A stretch of DNA of 60,016 nucleotides, counting the filler. It is 8 parts of 8 records of this genome, joined end to end, with 100 filler letters (N's around TTAATTAATTAA, not from the genome) between each part and the next. Parts side by side here need not be neighbours in the genome. Positions count along the whole stretch, not along the records: positions 10,079 to 19,187 come from SRR31156797_30248; positions 19,288 to 26,658 come from SRR31156797_30251; positions 26,759 to 33,654 come from SRR31156797_30268; 5 more parts are not named here. One strand, given 5' to 3'. This document shows, in pieces, positions 18,460 through 27,147 of this stretch. Under the pieces are notes generated by a model that did no database searches, was not told the origin of the DNA, and saw nothing but the letters and a program-made list of their open reading frames with translations. Numbering within the stretch: position 1 is the first letter of the stretch; each line of letters opens with the position of its first letter. Both the position numbers and the translations under genes were made by a program.

Positions 18460-19146
18460 ATGAATAGAATATTTCGACTTCTATATATTATAACTCTTAT
18501 TTTCATTTTATCTTCTTGCACCGAGGATAAGAATAAGGAAGAAGTTCTTCAAGTTTACAGTGAAATATTTCCTGAATTCATACATGACAATCCTATAATA
18601 AGGTCGTATTTTGAGAAATTACCTCCTGTATCTGAATATGATTATAAAGATTCTTTGTCTGCAAATGACAAGTTGAAAGAAAAAATTAGACATTTGGAAT
18701 GGAGACTAGATCAATTAGAGAAAAGACAAAATAATCAAATAGAATACGATATTCTAAATAAATTACTTCCAATTAATCCTGAAAATTTTAAAAAAACTGA
18801 ATGTTCAGCTTTTAGTACTAAATATGATACATTATTTATTAATCCTAAGCGTGTAGAAGTGTATGAAATTATAAAAGAGAACAGATTTTTTCAGGAAGAC
18901 ATTAAAAATTTCAAGCAAAATATAGTTCTTGTAAATCAAATTCCTGACTACGATTCAACATTAGATTTCTCTCAACAAGAACCGTTTATTAATTTTTGCT
19001 ACATACAATTATCTTGGATTGTTTTTAACAAAGAGAAAAACAGAGGAATGTTTTACTATGGAATAACTAACAAAGAAAGGATTTCAAGTAATTTTTCATA
19101 TGAGTATATTATTAAAGAGAATAATAGGTGGAGATTAAAAAAATAA
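18460..19146 (+). CDS. Hypothetical lipoprotein, probable gene-cassette cargo
   Basis: 228-aa very AT-rich ORF, lipobox ILSSC; bounded by GTTGGGT upstream and ACCCAAC downstream. Confidence 0.75.
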   Translation: MNRIFRLLYIITLIFILSSCTEDKNKEEVLQVYSEIFPEFIHDNPIIRSYFEKLPPVSEYDYKDSLSANDKLKEKIRHLEWRLDQLEKRQNNQIEYDILNKLLPINPENFKKTECSAFSTKYDTLFINPKRVEVYEIIKENRFFQEDIKNFKQNIVLVNQIPDYDSTLDFSQQEPFINFCYIQLSWIVFNKEKNRGMFYYGITNKERISSNFSYEYIIKENNRWRLKK

Positions 19147-19148
19147 TA

Positions 19149-19187
19149 AAACTACACCCAACAAAAGTTAAAATTAATGGGCGGTGA
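19149..19187 (+). mobile_element. Left part of an attC-like site, truncated by the contig end
   Basis: AACTACACCCAAC (RYYYAAC at 19156-19162) 9 nt after the stop codon, complementary to GTTGGGTGTAATT at the cassette start. Confidence 0.65.
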
Positions 19188-19287
19188 NNNNNNNNNNNNN
19201 NNNNNNNNNNNNNNNNNNNNNNNNNNNNNNNTTAATTAATTAANNNNNNNNNNNNNNNNNNNNNNNNNNNNNNNNNNNNNNNNNNNN
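19188..19287. other. Artificial contig linker
   Basis: N44-TTAATTAATTAA-N44. Confidence 0.99.
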
Positions 19288-19288
19288 C

Positions 19289-19756
19289 ATCGAGGCGGCA
19301 CGGGCGGGAGAGGCCGGGAAAGGGTTTGCTGTCGTCGCTGGAGAGATAAAGGACCTGGCCAACCAGACGGCCGGCGCCACCAGTGAGATCAAGAAGGAGA
19401 TTGAGAATATCCGGGCAACCATAACCATGACCGTTGACGAGATAAAGCATATCCTGGACGTGAATAATGAGGTAAATGATATTGTGTCCAATATCGCGAC
19501 AGCGGTTGAGGAGCAGTCCGTTACCACCAAGGAGGTTGCGGAAAATATTTCCCAGGCATCCGCGGGATTCAGCGACGTCAACAAAAACGTCATTCAAAGC
19601 GCTGCCGTAACCCAGGATATTTCAAAAGATATTTCCGAGATCAATCAGGCTGCGGGAGAGATGTCCGACAGTAGTTCCCAGGTGATGCTCAGTGCGGAGC
19701 AGCTCATGGAACTGGCCCGGCAGCTTAGTGAAACCGTCAAGATGTTCAAGGTTTAA
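19289..19756 (+). CDS. Methyl-accepting chemotaxis protein, C-terminal part (5' truncated)
   Basis: Frame reads IEAARAGEAGKGFAVVAGEIKDLA...IATAVEEQSVTTKEVA. Confidence 0.95.
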   Translation: MEAARAGEAGKGFAVVAGEIKDLANQTAGATSEIKKEIENIRATITMTVDEIKHILDVNNEVNDIVSNIATAVEEQSVTTKEVAENISQASAGFSDVNKNVIQSAAVTQDISKDISEINQAAGEMSDSSSQVMLSAEQLMELARQLSETVKMFKV

Positions 19757-19767
19757 CCTGTCCCGAT

Positions 19768-19804
19768 TCTTTTTCCCGGCTTGGTTTTCAAGCCGGGAAA
19801 AAGA
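19768..19804. terminator. Strong hairpin after the MCP gene
   Basis: Perfect 16-bp inverted repeat TCTTTTTCCCGGCTTG/CAAGCCGGGAAAAAGA. Confidence 0.65.
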
Positions 19805-20045
19805 GGATCACCCAGGCCAGGACCAGAACCTTTGAGAGCATGCCCGAACCTGTTGCAGGCTGAAAAATCAAGCATGATAAAGATAATCAGATTTACAGAA
19901 AAAAACCGGGGGTTGAAAAACCGGGGTTCGGTCTTACCTTAAATTCCAACAAACAGTTGATTTTGTTGTTGATGAAAAGACAGGAAAGCAAAGTCGGCTG
20001 TATTTTTAAAAATGAGAAATCGTCCTGGGCCGGAAGGAGTTTCTA

Positions 20046-21260
20046 ATGAAAGCATTGTCTCCCTGTGCCCTGGCCGATCTTTCCTTTGACATTACCTGGG
20101 AAAAAGATGGTATTGCCCATAAAGAGCATTATTTTGCAGATGAATTTAATTGCTGGCGCGACATCATTCCCGCCCCCCTGCTCAAACATATCCGCAATGG
20201 TTCCATTGGGGATCCCATAAACCTCCAGGCAAAACCGGGGGAACTTGTCCCGGAATACCGTCCCGACAATGTGCATTTTATTCCCAAGTCCCGGCTGGAT
20301 ACCTTTCTTTCCGGTGACGGCCTGGTGCGGGGCCGGTTCTATCCCCAGGGGATGATAAGCGGGATTCCCGGGATTTTCAAAGGTAACATCACCCCGTTTC
20401 GCTGTATTGACATTGATGGTGATTTCATAAGCGCGGACCTGAACCATCCAATGGCGGGCATACAAATGGCGGTTACCCTGAGGGTTCATTGCAAATCTTT
20501 CAGATCTGAAGAACGGGGTGGCAGCTGCACGGACTGGATCGAGCTCGCCCTGTCGGGACCGGGCATGCAGGCCCGGTATAACCGGCGACCCACGGATTTC
20601 TTCTCAAAACAATCCTTTGACCGGCGGGATTCCCGGCGGGATCCCCTTTATTATGCACGGGACCGGTTTGTCCAGCATATTGATGATAATGCCCGTAAAA
20701 ACCTGTCCGATCTGTATGGCACCCTGCTTCGGCCCGGGGACGCGGTTCTGGATCTCATGGCCGGATGGGAGTCCCACATCCCCGAAGGGCTGGACCTGTC
20801 AATCCTTCACGGACTTGGGCTCAACGCCAATGAACTCATGGGAAATAAACAGCTTACGGCCCATACGGTGCAGGACCTGAACACCAACGGCAGGCTTGCC
20901 TTTGGAGATGCCTGTTTTGATGCCGTGATCTGCTCCCTGTCCGTTGAATACCTGATCAATCCTGTTGCCGTTTTCAAAGAGGCGGCAAGGGTGTTGAAAC
21001 CCGGCGGTGTTTTCGCGGTGACCTTTTCAAACCGCTGGTTCCCGGAAAAAGCGATCCGCATCTGGGAAGAGCTCCATGACTTTGAACGGATTGGCCTGGT
21101 AACGGAATACTTCCTTGAGTCCGGCCGGTATGAATCGGTGTCAACGGTTTCAATGCGGGGATATCCACGGCCCTATGAAGATAAATATTTTCCGACACTG
21201 ATGGCCTCGGATCCGGTGTATGGCGTGATCGGAAGAAAGTTCACAGTGGCTGCCCCTTAG
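20046..21260 (+). CDS. FKBP/SlyD-like N-terminal domain fused to a class I SAM-dependent methyltransferase
   Basis: DLNHPMAG (SlyD-like); RFVQHID, VLDLMAGWESH, GLGLN..EL, FDAVICSLSVEYL, TFSNRWFP.KA. Confidence 0.85.
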   Translation: MKALSPCALADLSFDITWEKDGIAHKEHYFADEFNCWRDIIPAPLLKHIRNGSIGDPINLQAKPGELVPEYRPDNVHFIPKSRLDTFLSGDGLVRGRFYPQGMISGIPGIFKGNITPFRCIDIDGDFISADLNHPMAGIQMAVTLRVHCKSFRSEERGGSCTDWIELALSGPGMQARYNRRPTDFFSKQSFDRRDSRRDPLYYARDRFVQHIDDNARKNLSDLYGTLLRPGDAVLDLMAGWESHIPEGLDLSILHGLGLNANELMGNKQLTAHTVQDLNTNGRLAFGDACFDAVICSLSVEYLINPVAVFKEAARVLKPGGVFAVTFSNRWFPEKAIRIWEELHDFERIGLVTEYFLESGRYESVSTVSMRGYPRPYEDKYFPTLMASDPVYGVIGRKFTVAAP

Positions 21261-21276
21261 AGAACATGCCGGGTGC

Positions 21277-23226
21277 TCAGTCGTGCCCGGTCTGTTTTTT
21301 TTTCATTTTCCGGTACCATTTTTCATCCCCATACAGCTTCTCCTGGCAAGTGGGGCACAGGCCGTGGCTGAACAACGCTCCGGTGTGGCGTTCAATATAG
21401 GTCTCTATCTGGTTCCAGTATCCCTTGTCATCCCTGATATTTTTGCAGGATGCGCAGATGGGAAGCAGGCCGCTCAAAACCTTGACTTCAAGAAGCGCTT
21501 CCTGGAGTTTGTTTTTTTCCAGAAGCAGGGATTCTTCCACCTGCTTGCGCTCTTTTATTTCATGGGAGAGACGCCGGTTCCAGTATACAAACAGAAGCAC
21601 GATAACAAGAAAGCCCGCCAGGAATTTCAATAGCAGCATGTAATTGAAGCCGTGTTCATATTTGACGGAGATCCAGTTGCGGTAAATATCGTTACGCTCC
21701 TTTTGCGGCATGTCGTTGAGCAGCTTCTGGATGATCCCCGCAAAAACCGGCCAGTCCTTTCTGACGGCCAGGGAAAGATGTTTTCTGTAGGGGGTTTCTC
21801 CCGCAACCTTGATGTTGCTGTATCCCAGCTTTGTAATGTGATAGCTGCCGGTCACAAGATCGCTGACAAAGAAATCCATATCCCCGTTCTGAAGCCTGAT
21901 TATCGCTTCCCGGACATTGGGTACGGGAACCAGCCTTATTGCGGGATTATGGGTGGAAAGCCATTCCTGGACGGCATAGCCTTCAACCACCCCGGCCTTT
22001 TGACCGTTCAGTTCCTTCAGGTTTCTGATATAGGTGATCTCCTGCCTGGTGAATATGACGATGGGGATGGACAGATAGGGCTCTATAAATTCCAGGAACC
22101 TGCTTCTTTTTGCCGTCCGGGAGATGGCCGAAAACATATCCAGCTCCCTGGCTTTCACTTTTTTTACCTTTTCAGTCCAGTTGAGATTGCCGTTCAGTTC
22201 GAAGTGAATTCCCAGGGTTTTTTCAAGGTAGTTTAAATAATCGATGGAGATGCCGTGAAATTTACCCTCTTGATCCGCATACTCTATGGGGGCCCAGTCC
22301 GGGTCGCAGGCAACCCGGATGACCGGATGATCCTTAAGCCACCTCTTTTCCGTTTCCGTGAAGGGGGATTCTCTCTGGACATGGACCTTTTCGCTTACAT
22401 GCAGCCATTTTAGCCGGATTTTCCGATGCTCTTCAGGCGTTATTGCAGCGATGGCCCGGTTGAAAACAGACAGGAGTTCCGGGCTGTCGTTCCTGAGCCC
22501 GATCTTCGATTCTCCCGCAACACCGTGATAATAGATCAGGCCCACCTGGAGGTTGGAAAAAAAGTACGTTTCTATCATATACTGCACCACCGGCAGGTCA
22601 TCGAGGATGGCAAACGCCTTTTCCTCCGATACCAGTTTGAGCCCTTCCAGAAGGTCTGGTACTTCCACGAGTTCACGTTCCGGGGCGTATTTTTTGATGA
22701 TTTCATCCCGGATACTTCCTTTGATGACCACAACCCGTTTTCCTTGCAACTGGCTGAGGTTCGTGAGGGGGGGCGTGTTTTTCCGGGTGATCAATGCTTC
22801 GGGTGTCGTGAAATAGGTGGTTGAAAAATTCAGGAAAGGCTTTCGATCCGCCTTGGCCGCGGCATTGACAATTCCGTCCACTTCATGGTTCAGGGCCTTT
22901 TGAAGCGCCCCATTCCATGTGGAGCCCTCAAACCGGATCTCGATGCCGAGTTTTTCACTTATCAGTTCCATGTAGTCGATACTGATACCGGAGAGCTTTC
23001 CCTGGCCATTCCGGAAATTCATTGGAGGGCTGCCCTCGTCAACGGCAAGTGTGATAACCGGATGCCTGTCCAGCCACGCCCCCTCCCCGTCTGTCAGGGA
23101 ATGGCGTATGGAGGGGGTGTTTTTATCCCCTGGCGCGGCATCGGAAAAAGAGACCGCAATACATGCAAGAAAAATGACGGCCATTTTTGTGATGAATAAT
23201 AATGAAGAAACCCGGATTTTTCCCAT
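21277..23226 (-). CDS. Membrane sensor with two SBP_bac_3 (PBPb) domains, one TM and a short C-terminal Cys-motif domain
   Basis: Two LT..E..WL..HPVI repeats; TM...WNRRL; LLPICASCKNIRDDKGYW...FSHGLCPTC. Confidence 0.88.
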   Translation of the reverse strand: MGKIRVSSLLFITKMAVIFLACIAVSFSDAAPGDKNTPSIRHSLTDGEGAWLDRHPVITLAVDEGSPPMNFRNGQGKLSGISIDYMELISEKLGIEIRFEGSTWNGALQKALNHEVDGIVNAAAKADRKPFLNFSTTYFTTPEALITRKNTPPLTNLSQLQGKRVVVIKGSIRDEIIKKYAPERELVEVPDLLEGLKLVSEEKAFAILDDLPVVQYMIETYFFSNLQVGLIYYHGVAGESKIGLRNDSPELLSVFNRAIAAITPEEHRKIRLKWLHVSEKVHVQRESPFTETEKRWLKDHPVIRVACDPDWAPIEYADQEGKFHGISIDYLNYLEKTLGIHFELNGNLNWTEKVKKVKARELDMFSAISRTAKRSRFLEFIEPYLSIPIVIFTRQEITYIRNLKELNGQKAGVVEGYAVQEWLSTHNPAIRLVPVPNVREAIIRLQNGDMDFFVSDLVTGSYHITKLGYSNIKVAGETPYRKHLSLAVRKDWPVFAGIIQKLLNDMPQKERNDIYRNWISVKYEHGFNYMLLLKFLAGFLVIVLLFVYWNRRLSHEIKERKQVEESLLLEKNKLQEALLEVKVLSGLLPICASCKNIRDDKGYWNQIETYIERHTGALFSHGLCPTCQEKLYGDEKWYRKMKKKQTGHD

Positions 23227-23625
23227 TGTCAGGATCTCCTGATCTGGTCTTTTGTAGAAGATTACCAGAATTCTCGGAATGATGCCCTGGATTTTTATTT
23301 CGGATCGCTTTTTTTGTTAAAAAAACAAAAAATCAGGTAGTGGATTTCGGTTCCATATAGGGTTTGACACGCCGGACCCTTTTTGAGAAAATTAATCCAT
23401 CTTTTTTAGGAAGTAATGCTTCCGGCGACTGATGCTGTTCCTGGGATAGCCCAGCATTTAAATTCGTTTCATATACCCCGATTTACGGATTCTCGGTTCC
23501 TTCATAACCCGATCTTCCTTCCGCTTGAAAAAAGTCATCTGTTTTTTTGACAGCAGGTGCGGCAATCACGATCCGTGCCGCCGATTTGCTGCAAAATCAA
23601 CCGTTAAACAAAAAAAGGGGCTTTT

Positions 23626-24384
23626 ATGAGACATTATCCTGCCGAGGTGAAAACCGTATACTATTTTGGGACCTGCCTGGTGAACATGGTCTACTCCAGG
23701 GCGGGGATCGCCGGCATCAAACTGTTGCAGCGGGAAGGGGTGGAGGTGATTTTTCCGGAAAACCAGTCCTGCTGCGGCCAGCCCGCCTACAACTCCGGTT
23801 TTCGTGGCGAGGCCAGGGAGGTGGCATGGAAACAGATCCGGGTTTTTTCCGGAAGCTCCGCCCCCATAGTCGTGCCGTCGGGCTCCTGTGCCGGCATGAT
23901 GAAGTTCCATTACCTGGAGCTGTTCAGGGATACGCCGGAATATTATGAGGCCAAACGTTTTTCGGAACGCATCTTCGAACTCACCGAATTTCTCCGCCAC
24001 GCCCTGCACGTTCAATATGAAGACCGCGGTGCCCCGGTGGAACTCACCTGGCATTCATCCTGCCATGCCCGCCGGGAAATGGAGTGCACGGAAGACGCCA
24101 AGGCCCTGATACGCCAGCTGAAGAACGTGACCCTTGTGGAGATCGAGAGGGAGCATGAGTGCTGCGGTTTCGGCGGCACCTTCGCTGTCAAGCGGCCGGA
24201 GATTTCCGCTGCCATGGTTCATGACAAGGTGGAGGACCTCAGGTCCAGGGGGGTGAAACAATTTATTACAGGCGATTGCGGGTGTCTTATGAACATCACA
24301 GGTCACATGGAAAAGGAAAACATTGCCATGGAAGGCCGGCATATTGCTGAATTTATTTTGGAGCGAATCCATGAAAGACACTAG
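23626..24384 (+). CDS. lutA: L-lactate utilization protein A (CCG Fe-S subunit)
   Basis: QSCCGQPAYNSG, PSGSCAGM, HSSCH, ECCGFGGTFAVK, DCGCLMNI. Confidence 0.93.
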   Translation: MRHYPAEVKTVYYFGTCLVNMVYSRAGIAGIKLLQREGVEVIFPENQSCCGQPAYNSGFRGEAREVAWKQIRVFSGSSAPIVVPSGSCAGMMKFHYLELFRDTPEYYEAKRFSERIFELTEFLRHALHVQYEDRGAPVELTWHSSCHARREMECTEDAKALIRQLKNVTLVEIEREHECCGFGGTFAVKRPEISAAMVHDKVEDLRSRGVKQFITGDCGCLMNITGHMEKENIAMEGRHIAEFILERIHERH

Positions 24385-25801
24385 ATCCTTTGATTTCGAA
24401 GAGAGCATCGCCAAGGCCCTTGCGGACAAACAGCTTCGGGCCAATATGAAAGTTGCCACGGAAACCCTGATCACCAAGCGAAAGGCGGTGTTTGCTGATC
24501 CGGAAGAGACCTTGCGCCTTCGCCGCATTGGAAACGCGTTGAAACGGAAGGTCCTGGCAAACCTGCCGGAACATTTGGAGCGGCTGGAAAAGCGATGCAT
24601 TCAAAACGGCATCATGGTTCACTGGGCTGAAACCACGGACGAGGCCAATCAGATCGTTCTTTCCATCATGGAGAAGCACGGCGCGCACAAGATGGTCAAG
24701 GGAAAATCCATGGTTTCCGAGGAGATGCACCTCAACCGCTTCCTGGAAGGCAAGGGGAAACAACCCCTGGAAACCGACCTGGGGGAGTTTATCATCCAGC
24801 TGAACCATGAGCCGCCCTCCCACATCATCGTACCCGCCGTGCATAAGAACCGTCAGCAGATCGCCAGGATTTTTGCGGACAATCTCCCCGGGGCGACCTA
24901 TACGGAGGATGTGGACGAGCTGCTGGCCACTGCGAGGAAAACCATGCGGGAACATTACCGGACCGCCCATATCGGGTTGTCCGGGGTGAACTTTGCCGTG
25001 GCGGAAACCGGCACCCTCTGCCTGGTGGAAAACGAGGGAAACGGCCGCATGTGTACCACCGTCCCGCCTGTCCACGTGGCCCTGATGGGACTTGAAAAGG
25101 TGGTGGAAACACTTGGGGATGTGCCTCCGCTCTACCGCCTGCTGTGCGGTTCCGCCACCGGGCAGCGCATCACCACCTATTTCAACATGATCAAGGGGCC
25201 AAGGAAAGAGGGGGAGAGGGACGGGCCCCGGGAGGTTCACCTGGTGATCCTGGACAACGGCCGCTCCAGGCTCCTGGCTGACGAGCAGCTGCGTCACATC
25301 CTGCAGTGCATCCGTTGCGGCACCTGCCTCAACCACTGCCCCGTATACACCCGCATCGGCGGGCATGCCTATGGGTCCACCTATCCCGGTCCCATTGGAA
25401 AAATACTCATGCCGAACCTGGAAGGACTGGACAAAAAGGGAAGTCTGGCCACCGCTTCTTCCCTGTGCAATGCCTGCGAAGAGGTGTGTCCCGTGATGAT
25501 CCCCATTCCCGTCCTGATCCGCCGCATGCGGGATGAAAGCTATGACATGGACGGCACGGGGGTGATCCTGGGGCACGGATTTAAAAGAAATCTGATGGAA
25601 ACCGTGGTTTGGAAGCTGTGGAAACTCTCCCAGACCATCCCTGTGCTGAACCGGTTTACCATCAAGTGCCTTGGCCTTCTGGGGACGTTTCTTCCCAGGG
25701 TCGGCCCGTTGAAGGAATGGACCCGGGTGCGGGTCCCACCGGCTTTTGCTAAAAAAAGCCTGCTGGATCTTGTAAAAAAGGAGGGGATTCGCAATGAGTA
25801 G
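24371..25801 (+). CDS. lutB: L-lactate utilization protein B (Fe-S subunit)
   Basis: VKGKSMVSEE, ETDLGEFIIQL, PSHIIVPAVH, CIRCGTCLNHCP, SSLCNACEEVCPV; likely start ATG 24371. Confidence 0.95.
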   Translation: MKDTRSFDFEESIAKALADKQLRANMKVATETLITKRKAVFADPEETLRLRRIGNALKRKVLANLPEHLERLEKRCIQNGIMVHWAETTDEANQIVLSIMEKHGAHKMVKGKSMVSEEMHLNRFLEGKGKQPLETDLGEFIIQLNHEPPSHIIVPAVHKNRQQIARIFADNLPGATYTEDVDELLATARKTMREHYRTAHIGLSGVNFAVAETGTLCLVENEGNGRMCTTVPPVHVALMGLEKVVETLGDVPPLYRLLCGSATGQRITTYFNMIKGPRKEGERDGPREVHLVILDNGRSRLLADEQLRHILQCIRCGTCLNHCPVYTRIGGHAYGSTYPGPIGKILMPNLEGLDKKGSLATASSLCNACEEVCPVMIPIPVLIRRMRDESYDMDGTGVILGHGFKRNLMETVVWKLWKLSQTIPVLNRFTIKCLGLLGTFLPRVGPLKEWTRVRVPPAFAKKSLLDLVKKEGIRNE

Positions 25802-26456
25802 CACAGGCGCACGTGAAAATATATTGGCCCGGCTGTACCGTTCCACCGAAAAAAAAGGGTATGCCCCCGGGCCTGAGCCATGGGAGCCCGCGCCCCTGGA
25901 AAGGGAGGCCCGCATCGAAACGTTTGTGGAGCTGATGAGGGCGGTTCGTTCCGAAGTCTACCGGGTCAAGGGGGATGGCTGGGTTGAGCGGTTGAAGGAG
26001 ATCCTGGCAGACCGTGGGGTGGGCACCCTGGTTTACGGGCCTGATACGGATATCGGCAGGCAACTTGAAAAAGCCTGGGAAAAACAGGCGGTTCCCACGG
26101 AGCTTGTGCCCTGGAAGGATACAGCCATTGAGGAATTCCAGGACCGGCTCTTTGGCATGGATGCCGGGATCACTTCCACCATGGGCGGCATTGCCGAGGC
26201 CGCCGCCCTGATCCTGTGGCCCACCCCGGAAGAACCGAGGCTCTTGTCCCTGGTTCCCCCGATTCACTTTGCCGTGGTGCGGGCTGAAAAGATCTTCACC
26301 TCCTTTCCCGAGGCGATCCGGGAGTTGAACTGGGCAGAGAAGGCCCCCACCAATGGGTTGCTGATTTCAGGCCCCTCGAAAACCGCCGACATCGAACTGA
26401 TTCTCCAGTTCGGTGTCCACGGCCCCACGGACCTGATCGTGTTCGTGGTGGATTAA
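25794..26456 (+). CDS. lutC: L-lactate utilization protein C (LUD domain)
   Basis: EPRLLSLVPPIH, LISGPSKTADIELILQFGVHGP. Confidence 0.95.
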   Translation: MSSTGARENILARLYRSTEKKGYAPGPEPWEPAPLEREARIETFVELMRAVRSEVYRVKGDGWVERLKEILADRGVGTLVYGPDTDIGRQLEKAWEKQAVPTELVPWKDTAIEEFQDRLFGMDAGITSTMGGIAEAAALILWPTPEEPRLLSLVPPIHFAVVRAEKIFTSFPEAIRELNWAEKAPTNGLLISGPSKTADIELILQFGVHGPTDLIVFVVD

Positions 26457-26658
26457 CAGGGCGGACGCTTTGCCCATGGTCAAGGGGAAAACCGATGTCG
26501 GCAAAGGTTTTTAGGTCCCCGGACATTGCTCCGGCCCGGACGGCCGCGGTGACGACCCTGGTATCGCGTGATGGGGTCCTTGACTATCAGGAGGTAATCT
26601 GTTAGTCGAAATTGTCGACAAGGACCGGCTTGGGGGTATCAGCTCTCGGATCCTTAAA

Positions 26659-26758
26659 NNNNNNNNNNNNNNNNNNNNNNNNNNNNNNNNNNNNNNNNNN
26701 NNTTAATTAATTAANNNNNNNNNNNNNNNNNNNNNNNNNNNNNNNNNNNNNNNNNNNN
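26659..26758. other. Artificial contig linker
   Basis: N44-TTAATTAATTAA-N44. Confidence 0.99.
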
Positions 26759-26789
26759 TACCGACATTTCAGCGTCCGCTGCATTATGT

Positions 26790-27061
26790 CGGTAAGAACA
26801 TGCTCTTTGATAACCGCGACCATTTACACAAACCATTCGGCTTGGGCACCGTTCGGGTCTTCATCTGGGTGATACCTCCGGGTATACTTCTCCCGTTTTT
26901 GGAAGGCCCAGTTCGTCTCCCCCCGAAGCGTCGTCACCGATACCCCGTTGCCATACCGCTAGGCCTTTCGCCTCCATCAGGCTGGGCCTAAGACTTGCCA
27001 AATATCTGAAAATTAGATACATTTGGCTCACTTTTAAGAATATGTGCCGTGCCCGGCACAC
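26790..27061 (-). ncRNA. Group II intron (class IIC-like) 5' fragment, domain I, degenerate or truncated
   Basis: Minus strand starts GTGTGCCGGGCA (GUGYG), then GCAAGTC..GCCCAGCCTGATGGAGGCGAA..TAGCG..GCAACGG and TGTAAATG...AAAG...GTTCTTACC, matching recalled IIC domain I blocks. Confidence 0.7.
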
Positions 27062-27120
27062 ACGCCGGCAATTAACGCGGACACGGAAACAGCCCCGCGC
27101 CGGTTATTGCAACGTTCGTT
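27062..27120 (+). mobile_element. attC site with its R'' box cut by the intron
   Basis: AC-GCCGGC-AATTAACG-CGG...CCGCGCC-GGTTATT-GCAAC-GTTCGTT: L''/L' pairing with one extrahelical base and a GTT core. Confidence 0.7.
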
Positions 27121-27147
27121 TTTTTCTAAAGTGAAGGAATTTATACA

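Noticed and set aside
24353-25915. 520-aa antisense ORF over lutB
   Set aside because: Shadow ORF in GC-rich coding DNA; lutB on the + strand has all family motifs.
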